Shown piece after piece: positions 21,621-30,602 of a DNA stretch of 64,000 bases (its first letter is position 1; each line of letters opens with the position of its first letter). Made by a program: the position numbers and the translations under genes. The notes beneath the pieces were generated by a model that saw only the letters and a program-made list of their open reading frames with translations, ran no database searches and was not told the DNA's origin. Source of the DNA: a bacterium (lineage in GTDB: Bacteria > SM23-31). The DNA lies in the NCBI GenBank assembly GCA_965249485.1, contig OZ252239.1, forward strand, positions 1,408,001 through 1,472,000, in the 5' to 3' direction.

Positions 21621-22787
21621 ATGATACGAAAAAGACTTCTCCTGTTTTGGCTGATTTTTCTCATAATTGCGCCCAAATTATCGGCGCAATCCGGTGAATC
21701 AGACATCAACATTTTTGGTTATTTTCAGACAGAATTTCGACAGACGTCATTTGACGAAGATGCTTTGGACCTCAATTCCTTCAATTTGCAGCAGCTTAAT
21801 ATATTTTTTCAGAAAGACATTTCTTCACAATGGTCGTCATTTGTTAATATCGAATTTTTGAATTCGTTTTCAGCCAGAAGAAGTATCGGTGACGCAACGC
21901 TTGAAGAAGCATGGGCACGGTACAGAAAAAATGAAAAATTCAACGTGAAGGCAGGATTGCTGATACCAACATTCAATAACCTCAATGTAATAAAAAACCG
22001 GACACCCCTGCTGCCGTATATTATTAGACCATTAGTCTACGAGACTGCTTTTTCTTCCGATGTCCCAATTCATGAATTTATCCCGGAGAGAGCATTTGTA
22101 CAGGCATATGGTTTTATTCCCTACGGCAATGTAAAATTTGACTACGCTTTGTATGTGGGCAACAGCCCGAATGTCACTACATCCCCTTTTGGAGGTAGGA
22201 ATTCTCAGACAGGAATCGATACGACCGATACGTTTCTTCTCGGTGGGCGTATAGGAGTAAGAAATAATGAAATAAAAGCGGGGATATCCGTTACACATGA
22301 TAGAGTAAATGAAATAAGTACTGTCCGATTAGCAACCAAAGATGAACAACCTACTGTGACCTCTGTTGATTTACCTAATTACGTCTCTGTCGATCTGCCG
22401 GTAAATGAAATTTCAAGGTATAGATTGGGAGGTGACCTCTCATTTAATGTTCGGAAATTCTCATTTGAAAGCGAATTCATTATTGTGAAATATGATGATG
22501 ATGACCCTGAAATTGATATCGATAAATATTTTTACTATATTCAACTCGGTTATTTTGTGACAGAGAAATTCTTCATTTACGGTAATCATGTCGTGACCAA
22601 CTTCTCTTTCGCGCCTGGGATAGAACAAAAAGTTAAAGACCCGTCTGTCGGAGTGTCATACTCTGTAAATGACAGGATTGTTCTGAAAGGGCAATACGCC
22701 CCTGTACAATTTGATTATAGCCTTCCAATTCTCGATCCTACTCCTGAATTTGACTTTTTTGCCGGTGCCATTTCTGTTTATTTCTAA
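21621..22787 (+). CDS. Outer membrane beta-barrel (porin-like) protein
   Basis: Signal peptide, amphipathic strands, LEEAWARY...FNVKAG motif, C-terminal Phe (ISVYF). Confidence 0.75.
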   Translation: MIRKRLLLFWLIFLIIAPKLSAQSGESDINIFGYFQTEFRQTSFDEDALDLNSFNLQQLNIFFQKDISSQWSSFVNIEFLNSFSARRSIGDATLEEAWARYRKNEKFNVKAGLLIPTFNNLNVIKNRTPLLPYIIRPLVYETAFSSDVPIHEFIPERAFVQAYGFIPYGNVKFDYALYVGNSPNVTTSPFGGRNSQTGIDTTDTFLLGGRIGVRNNEIKAGISVTHDRVNEISTVRLATKDEQPTVTSVDLPNYVSVDLPVNEISRYRLGGDLSFNVRKFSFESEFIIVKYDDDDPEIDIDKYFYYIQLGYFVTEKFFIYGNHVVTNFSFAPGIEQKVKDPSVGVSYSVNDRIVLKGQYAPVQFDYSLPILDPTPEFDFFAGAISVYF

Positions 22788-22796
22788 GGTTATTCC

Positions 22797-23246
22797 ATGG
22801 ATATTATCAACGGAAAAAACTTCATGAAATTAGTTTTTACTATGACACTTTTCCTGATGTTGTGTACTCAGAATGTATCGGGACAGGTCGCTGTAATTAC
22901 GCATAAGTCTACCTTATCGGAAAATATCGGTAAAAATGAGATATTAGATTTTTATACGGGCGACATCAAAACATGGGAAAATGGTGAAAGAGTTATTGTG
23001 TATGATTTGAAACAAAATACGTCTATGAAAGATGCGTTTTATCAATTCCTCGGGAAATCATCGTCGAGAATGAAGGCGATCTGGATGAAAAAGAAACTAT
23101 CGGGTGAAGGTGATCCGCCGGTGTCATTCCAATCCGAAGAAGAGATAGTCGAAAAAATCACCTCGACACCGGGATCATTGGGATATATCAGCTATGAAAA
23201 AGTAACGGATGATGTCGCTGTACTTTTTGTAATTAATTATAACTAA
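22797..23246 (+). CDS. Small periplasmic binding-protein-like protein (single PBP2 lobe, phosphate-binding-like)
   Basis: Signal peptide; VAVITH, DFYTG..KTWENG and TPGSLGYI pattern. Confidence 0.75.
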   Translation: MDIINGKNFMKLVFTMTLFLMLCTQNVSGQVAVITHKSTLSENIGKNEILDFYTGDIKTWENGERVIVYDLKQNTSMKDAFYQFLGKSSSRMKAIWMKKKLSGEGDPPVSFQSEEEIVEKITSTPGSLGYISYEKVTDDVAVLFVINYN

Positions 23247-23265
23247 AACAACTAGTAAAATCCCC

Positions 23266-24965
23266 ATGAAAATTAAAAACCTGAAAATCGGCACAAAATA
23301 TATCATCAGTTTCAGTATAATACTCATCATTATGACAGGAGTAAATGCGTTTTCGCTGGCTGAAATAACGGCATTGAAAAATAGAGTCGACATCATAATA
23401 TCAAAATGGATGCAGAGTGCAATTGCGATTTCTGATCTTAATGTCAATACGTCGAATTTACGAATTAATCAGCTGCAACATGCATACACTACTGATGAGA
23501 CCAGCAAAAGAGAGCTGGAACAAAATATGATCGGATTGATCGACAAAATAATTGAAAATCAAGATACCTATGAACCGCTTCTGACCGATCCTACGGAGAT
23601 AGCTCTTTACCGGGAATTTGAAGAAAAATGGGAGCGGTATAATGAGCTGGGGTATCAATTTCTGGATCTCTCTCTGAGTAATGAAAACCTGTTAGCTGTT
23701 GAGCTTTTGAATGATGAAGCCCGAAATGTTTTCGACGATTTTAGTAATGATCTAAAAAATCTGGTAGTGATTAATCATGATAATTCTTTGGAGACATCAA
23801 CGAATGTGGAAAGAATCTACAATAGACACCATTTTATAATAACAACGCTTCTTGTGGCTACGTTTATATTTTCCGCGATTATTGCCATTGTGCTTGTGCG
23901 GCACATTACCGTTCCCGTCAAGCAGTTGGCAATTGCAGCAGGAAAAGTAGCTGACGGCGATTACAATATTCAGCTTGACATATTAAATTATGATGAAGTA
24001 GGCGACTTAACGCAGTCGTTCAATCAAATGGCAAATTCATTACAGTTAGCGGGAGAAAAAATTCATAAACAACAAGATGAATTACAAACAACGAATAGTG
24101 AGTTAAGCAATAAAACAATATTGTTGGAGAAACAAAAACTTGAAATTGAAGAGAAGAATAGTGGTCTCGAGGAAGCTTTAATCCAGTTAAAGGAGACGCA
24201 ACATCAACTTGTCATGAAAGAGAAGATGGCGTCACTTGGAAACCTTGTTGCCGGTGTTGCCCATGAAATAAATAACCCGATAGGAGCAGTTTTTTCGGCT
24301 GCTGATACGTCTGTCCGGTCAATAAATATGGTTGTCGAAACGTTGGAAAACAGCGGATATCTGACTGATATTATGGAAGATAAAAAATTCTCGTGTGCAC
24401 TTGATATTTTAAAAAAAACAATACAGTTGTGTTAACTGCCAGTGAAAGAATAAGTAAAATTGTAAAAAGCCTCAAGAATTTTGCCCGCTTAGATGAATCT
24501 GAGTTTCAGAAAGCAGACCTCCATGAGGGCTTGGATAGCACGTTAACACTATTAGAGCACAAATTAAAAAACAGAATTGACGTGATAAAGCATTATGGCA
24601 ATATTCCAAATTTAGCTTGTTATCCAAATCAGTTAAATCAAGTTTTTATGAACATCATGGCCAATGCCGAACAAAGTATTGACGATAAAGGTTCAATCAC
24701 CATTAGTACAAGTACCGAAAATGGTAATATAATCATAAAAATAATTGATAACGGTGAAGGGATAGATGAGAAATACATTAGCCAAATCTTTGATCCCGGT
24801 TTTACCACGAAGGGCGTTGGTGTCGGAACCGGACTTGGATTATCTATCAGTTATAACATTATAAAAAAACATAAAGGTGAAATTTACATAGAGAGTGAAA
24901 TAAACAAAGGAACTGCTGTTGAAATTATTTTACCCAGTACAATAGATGAGATAGTCAAACCTTAA
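23266..24965 (+). CDS. Sensor histidine kinase (4HB_MCP sensor, HAMP, HisKA, HATPase), split by a 1-nt frameshift in an A8 run at 24411-24418
   Basis: Two TM helices, HAMP (DEVGDLTQSFNQM), EKMASLGNLVAGVAHEINNP. The next frame carries QLNQVFMNI..NA, DNGEGI, FDPGFTTK and GTGLGL. Confidence 0.9.
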
Positions 24966-25137
24966 TTTGATATTTCTTTTTATCGGTAATTTATAAATAA
25001 TACTCTTATATAATTGCTCTTGATAATCGAACATTAATTTAGTTACTTAACAGTAATATAGTTAAAAGGCAGAGGATACAATGGAAAAATTAAGTAAGAT
25101 ACATTGTTAATAATATATGATATAAGGAGATGCAGAC

Positions 25138-25236
25138 ATGGGCGACAAAGGGAAAAAAGATAAAGGCAAACGAGAAGATCAAAAGAAGTCAAAACAAACA
25201 CTAAAGGAAAAACGGAAGCAGAAAAGAGAAAAGTAA
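25138..25236 (+). CDS. 32-aa Lys/Arg-rich microprotein MGDKGKKDKGKREDQKKSKQTLKEKRKQKREK
   Basis: Below the ORF-track cutoff; AAGGAGA RBS 7 nt upstream of the ATG; strongly biased purine-rich codons. Confidence 0.7.
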   Translation: MGDKGKKDKGKREDQKKSKQTLKEKRKQKREK

Positions 25237-25270
25237 GAAATAAATACGCTGTCAATTGCACGTCAACATA

Positions 25271-26119
25271 TCAAAAGGATAGCGAAATTCCCACTTTGTT
25301 TAAACCCAGGTGAAAGTTTAAAGGGGATGAGGCATCGTGTTGTTTCGTGAGTATTTTACCGATATAATGACCAATAAAGGCACCAACCAATACGTCTGAT
25401 GCCCAATGCTTACCTGAACTTATTCTCTGTAATCCTACTAATCCGGCAACTCCATAAGCATATTTGGTCGTTTGAGGATAGTATGAAGATACTATTGTTG
25501 CAAAAGTGAAAATGTTTGCTGTATGACCTGAAGGAAAAGAGGAGTAGCCCCTCTGCAATGGATAAAAGTTGTTCTGTTCGGTACCCTGGTTAGGTCTTGA
25601 CCTTCCTGATATAAATTTGATAGGAGCAACTATTCCAGTTGTGATTACAGCCCCCTCCATTATTTTTAACCCCATTTCAGCAAATTGGTCTTTTTTGAAA
25701 ACATGCCCTAACGTCAAACTCGCAAATCCAATTAAGAGCGGCTGTTCGGTTAAATTAGTTATATTATCGAGCTGTCTTTCTGCATAATTTCTATTTTCAT
25801 GAAAAGTTTGTTCCGATAATTCTCTGTCAACAAATCCAAAAGACATTAACGATCCTGCCATTAAAATAAGACTACTGCGGGATAATACTGGCAATTCTGA
25901 CGTGATACTATTCAGTGTGAAAGCCAGATCGTTATAAAATAATTTTGGATAGTTGGTGATTTTATTTTTACTACCATTGTCATAAAAAACCTTCGGACTA
26001 AATTTATTTTTGTCCGGCTCGAAAGATTGTGAAGAATAAGCTTCCTGTGAGCAGGCCTGCGGATTAAATGCAAAAAAATACATGACAAAGCAGAAGAATG
26101 GAACAGCACTTTTTTTCAT
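25271..26119 (-). CDS. PAP2-family phosphatase
   Basis: K...GRSRP, SFPSGHT and RISSGKHWASDV motifs; probable start MKKSAV. Confidence 0.92.
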   Translation of the reverse strand: MKKSAVPFFCFVMYFFAFNPQACSQEAYSSQSFEPDKNKFSPKVFYDNGSKNKITNYPKLFYNDLAFTLNSITSELPVLSRSSLILMAGSLMSFGFVDRELSEQTFHENRNYAERQLDNITNLTEQPLLIGFASLTLGHVFKKDQFAEMGLKIMEGAVITTGIVAPIKFISGRSRPNQGTEQNNFYPLQRGYSSFPSGHTANIFTFATIVSSYYPQTTKYAYGVAGLVGLQRISSGKHWASDVLVGAFIGHYIGKILTKQHDASSPLNFHLGLNKVGISLSF

Positions 26120-26318
26120 ACGGGTATCTTTCATAAATTCAATAAGCAATAAACTCGAAATATATAAATAAGTTCCAAATACATTCAGAAAAGTGATCCT
26201 ACTCTCTGTAAATAAAGCTGTTTAGAACTCTAATAGTCCGGGGAATCGTTTTATGTATTATCAAATTAATGCAGCACTTATAATTCTTTCTCTTAACGAC
26301 TCATAAATCATGAGCGAT

Positions 26319-26357
26319 AAAAAAAGCGAAGTCGCAACAATGAGTAACTTCGCTTTT
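26319..26357 (-). terminator. Intrinsic terminator downstream of yceI
   Basis: Inverted repeat AAAAGCGAAGT (26322-26332) / ACTTCGCTTTT (26347-26357), followed by a T run on the minus strand. Confidence 0.65.
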
Positions 26358-26486
26358 CGATAGTATCCGTTATCTGGATTATTATCTTGCATAAAGAGTG
26401 ATAGTATGCTTACCTTACTATATCTTTAGCTGTTTGTTAATCTATAGAAGGAGATCTATTGATTCACAATTCTATTATATTGTTTA

Positions 26487-27113
26487 TTAATTTTCTGCCA
26501 TAGCTGGAGAAGCAAACTCCAAATTGAAATCAAAGGCAATTTCTTTACTCACAACCAAACCACCTGCTTCGGTAACCATGCCAAATTTCACATTGTAGTC
26601 GAAACGATCGATCTCACCAGTCACATGAAATGCTGTAATATTCATATTTGTGCCTTTCATTGGCCCCATGGGAGCTACCATTTGAGCTGAACCGGTATGT
26701 TCTGCCATCAAGACAACTTCTTTAGTAACACCCCGAATAGTAAGATCACCTTTAACTTCATAATTAGAACCACGTTTCTTTTTAAAGGATTTCGAGACAA
26801 ATTTTATGTTAGGGTATTCTTCTACATTTAAAAAATCATCGGATTTTAAATGATTATCGCGCATTTCATTGTCGGTAAAGATGCTCGCTGTTTCAATAGT
26901 TGCCTCCAATGTTGCGTTACGAAAATCGTCTATTCTACTTGAATTGAATTTTATATCATAATCCTTAAATACTCCCGTAACAGTTGAAATGACAAGGTGT
27001 TTTACCTTGAATTGGACCTCAGTATGATTTTTATCAGCCATCCACATAACCTGTGCATTTGCCATTGGCAGAATGAGCAGAAGGGCTAACAATATAAAAC
27101 TTAATTTTTTCAT
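26487..27113 (-). CDS. yceI: YceI-family polyisoprenoid-binding periplasmic protein
   Basis: Signal peptide; HTEVQFKVKHL, RDNHLKSDDF...YPNIKF, GDLTIRGVTKEV and IDRFDY motifs. Confidence 0.93.
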   Translation of the reverse strand: MKKLSFILLALLLILPMANAQVMWMADKNHTEVQFKVKHLVISTVTGVFKDYDIKFNSSRIDDFRNATLEATIETASIFTDNEMRDNHLKSDDFLNVEEYPNIKFVSKSFKKKRGSNYEVKGDLTIRGVTKEVVLMAEHTGSAQMVAPMGPMKGTNMNITAFHVTGEIDRFDYNVKFGMVTEAGGLVVSKEIAFDFNLEFASPAMAEN

Positions 27114-27156
27114 GGTGGTCTCCTCTTATTAGTTGATTATGTATTTGTTTAATATA

Positions 27157-27185
27157 TTAGTCGAGTATATGTTGAAATCCTTACA
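27157..27185 (-). promoter_or_regulatory. Putative ECF-sigma promoter of yceI (TGTAAGG-N15-CGACTAA)
   Basis: Minus strand reads TGTAAGG atttcaacatatact CGACTAA about 45 nt upstream of the yceI ATG, directly behind an ECF/anti-sigma pair. Confidence 0.45.
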
Positions 27186-27260
27186 AATCATTTCATTTTT
27201 TTCAAAAATATTTATGAATTTGCTATAAAACAAGCGTGTTTGATACAATTCAATCATTAA

Positions 27261-27506
27261 TCACTGGTCTATTTTCCCTGACTCAAAATCTGCGCTGTCG
27301 ATTTTTGCCATTTTACTTATTGAAATCAATTGCTTTTTAAACAGTCTACAAAATTTACATCCTGTTATATGCAGGAAAACAAACATTCTATCAGCTGTAG
27401 AAAGTTTGTTATCTAGTGAGAATGAAATCTTCTTCGTAATATCTTCACATGATCCGGTAATTTTCCCGAGAAAGTACATCAGGATCTTATATTTTTTTTG
27501 ATTCAT
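27261..27506 (-). CDS. Zinc-binding anti-sigma factor (zf-HC2)
   Basis: C.....IS..LD..L and HITGCKFC (HxxxCxxC) motifs; follows the ECF sigma gene. Confidence 0.85.
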   Translation of the reverse strand: MNQKKYKILMYFLGKITGSCEDITKKISFSLDNKLSTADRMFVFLHITGCKFCRLFKKQLISISKMAKIDSADFESGKIDQ

Positions 27507-27523
27507 ATCCGAAAGATTACGTA

Positions 27524-28120
27524 TTATTTTGTTTCTGCAAACCAATTTACTTCTAAACACCGCCGCAATAACAATCTGCTCCTATGCAACATGACCCATA
27601 AATTAGACGGAGAAATATTTAATTCCTTACAAATTTCTGAAGAGTTTTTTTGCTCTATCTCTTTTAGCGAAAAAACACTCGCCAATTTAGGAGAAAGATC
27701 TGACAAACATCTATGAAATATTTCCTTGAAATCCTTTTGAATCATAAGCTTTTCGGGATTATCACCCCAATCCGATGGGGCATTTTCAATATTCCAATTG
27801 CCGTTTTCGTCAAAATCTTTTTGGTTTCTCACGGTATTGCTTTCGGCATAAAAAACGTCATTATTTCTTTTTACTTTTCTATAATAATCATTGATCTTGT
27901 TTTTTAATATGCTTGTCAACCAGGTTAATTCGGAACTTTTCCCGTTAAAAGATTTTCCGCCTTTCAATCCCGCTAAAAAAGTTTCCTGAACAAGGTCTTC
28001 AGCAATATCCTTATCTCTTATACGTGCTAACGCAAAATTGAAGAGCGTTTCACCACATGCATCGTCCCATTTCCCGGGATCGATAGCACCATAATCTTTA
28101 TTTTTTGTAGTTTTACTCAT
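27524..28120 (-). CDS. ECF-type sigma-70 factor
   Basis: AEDLVQETFL, TWLTSILKNKI.D and EICKELNISPSNLWVMLHRSR motifs; start taken at MSKTT. Confidence 0.93.
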   Translation of the reverse strand: MSKTTKNKDYGAIDPGKWDDACGETLFNFALARIRDKDIAEDLVQETFLAGLKGGKSFNGKSSELTWLTSILKNKINDYYRKVKRNNDVFYAESNTVRNQKDFDENGNWNIENAPSDWGDNPEKLMIQKDFKEIFHRCLSDLSPKLASVFSLKEIEQKNSSEICKELNISPSNLWVMLHRSRLLLRRCLEVNWFAETK

Positions 28121-28519
28121 AATAGGTTGTAGATCACTTAAATTATTTATGTATATATCACGGTCTTCAATGTCTAACAAAATATTTTTAAAGTTTTATC
28201 CAGATATTTCCTCGGTTCCGTGCATTGTGTACAGATTCAGTCTTAATGGTAAGAGACAATAATAGAGCGGGAACGTTTTTCTACAGATGCGCAAGCACCG
28301 AAAAGAGTTTTAATAGTCCTGTTATTTCGCTCTAAATTATTGCAATGATTTTTATGGGGATATTTATTGTGCCAACGAACAATTTAGTATCGTTTTATCC
28401 TTGAAAGTAATTGCTTTGATGGTCAAAAATATTTTTCAGGGATAGCATTGAATACAAGAATTGTTATTTAAAGTAGAGAATAATTAGAATGCTTACTGAT
28501 TCATTGCGATGCATGTTGT

Positions 28520-30097
28520 ATGATTCGACTTCCACCTCATGATACAGCATTTACTTTAATAGACGTGACTATGGCTAAAGCAAAAATAAATCTCACAAAA
28601 ATCCTGAGATCGAACAGTGAAACCAATATGGCAAGAGAAATCGATCTTCAGATATTTGAATATGATGGAATACCCCGTTCAGAAGCGCAACAGGAAAATC
28701 ATGCAGGCAGTTGGGATTGGGATATTGTAAATGACAAATTTCATATGGAGGAAGAGATTTTTCAAATTTTTCATATTGATAAGAAAAATTTCAGAGGATT
28801 TCAGGAAGAGTTTGTCAAGTTAGCATATCCAAAAGAGAGACCGAAAATCAAAAAAGCTCTTGAAGAAGCCGTGGCAAACTATCAGCCATTAAATTTAGAA
28901 TATGGGTTAGTATATAAGAGAAAATTTGAACGTTTAATTCAACACCAGGCACAGGTCATTTTAGATGATGCCGGCAATCCGGTCAGAATGGTGGGAAAAG
29001 TAGAGGATGTCACAGGCCAGGCGATTCGCAACGCTGAGCTTCAACTGCTCAAGACATGTGTTGATCAGGTGAAGGATGTTGTTGTCATCTCAAGTCTTAA
29101 CGAAGGGATATAGTATGTCAATTCTGCATTTGAAGAAAAGTATGGATATTCGCAAGCAGATGTCAAAGGGGAAAAAGCCCGTCATGTAATACTGAACGAA
29201 AATTCGGAAAGTATTCTTGATGATATCGACAACAAAATTTCCCAGGGATACACTGTTCGAGAAGAAGTTATAGCAAAGGGCAAGAACAACATGGCCTTTC
29301 CTATGGAAATTTTTAGAACACCTGTAAAAGATGAAAATGATGAAATAACAAATTATATAACTATTGGAACTGACATAACAGAGCGAAAGAAGCTTCAGGA
29401 AAATTTAGATATTTTACGGAAGGAATATCAATCTTTTATGCGGCATGAATTAAACAACCTGATAACTCCCATTAAAGGTTTTGCCCAAATTTTGCTCATG
29501 AATCCGGAAAAAATGTCCGAATCACAAATTGAGAAATTGTTCTACATCAATGATTCGGTTGATAGAGCAACCAATTTAATTGAAAATTTAGGGAAACTAC
29601 AGGACTTTGAGCAAGGGAAATATAATTTAGAAAAAAATGAATGTGATTTAAATGAAATTATCAATCAAGCGATTCTTGATTTGAAAATTTTTGCGGATAA
29701 ATCAGACGTTACGATACAGATACATTACGAAAAACAATCTAATATCGTTACATTAGATAAGAATCTATTTCTTGGTGTTATAACAAACCTGGTGAAAAAT
29801 GCAGTTGAACATGTTGCCGGGGAAAAGGAGTCATCACAAAAAGACGTTGTTATCAATGTCAAATCTAATAAGAAGTTTATTACACTTTCAATTAACAACA
29901 AAGGTGAACCTGTACCAAAAGAGAAGCTCAAATTGTTTTTTGAGAAATTCAATACGGATAAAAGCAAAAAAAAGGAAGGAACCGGCCTCGGTACGACATA
30001 TGCATATCTTGTAGTCAAAGCACACGGCGGGAATATACACGTAGACTCGAATCAAGAAAATGGTACAACGGTTACAATACAACTTCACGTAGTATAG
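28520..30097 (+). CDS. Cytoplasmic PAS-PAS histidine kinase interrupted by an in-frame TAG at 29111-29113
   Basis: GSWDWDI PAS/PAC domain. Read-through gives GI*YVNSAFEEKYGYS (start of the second PAS) in frame with 29291..30097, which has HELNN, NLVKNA and GTGLG. Start uncertain (28520 or 28571). Confidence 0.85.
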
Positions 30098-30602
30098 TGC
30101 AGCGTAACGTCACCTTCGCTCAAGAATAATACAACTATTGTGAATATTGATATGGGAAACGAAAGATTATACATTGCTCATGAACACATATATGTCTTAA
30201 TGGTGATTAAATCCCGTATCATTATTTGAAATAAGCAATGACAGAATACGCAATTACAATACTACAGATTCTACTGATACTATATAGTAATGCATAACTT
30301 TCTCTCCGGGAAATCTGTGCTTTCAGCCGCCCGAATTGACTTTTTTCACTCAAGAATTGCTCAAGTATCCCGATAACTAACCTATAACATGAGGTGGGTG
30401 AATGTGTTTTAATGTGTTACTGTTTGTATGCCTCCTGCCTCAATTTCACCGTAACTACTTAAAAAATTCCCGGTTTGTACGGGATATATATACTCTATGT
30501 CCAACGGGGTGGGTGTTGGAATGTGGACAATTTGAATCGCTCGTTTAGCGGTATCAGATAATTGTGCCAAATTCTATCATCGATACGGTACACAGGTTAT
30601 TG

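Noticed and set aside
22357..22400. Short internal duplication (SVDLP twice) in the porin
   Set aside because: Small in-frame loop duplication with no further structure
29111..29113. In-frame TAG as pyrrolysine or stop-codon recoding
   Set aside because: Single instance in a PAS kinase, no pyl genes in view, and TAG terminates other genes normally
30098..30602. Long leader with small hairpins upstream of the large secreted protein, checked as a riboswitch or ops element
   Set aside because: Stems are short and I could not match any known consensus
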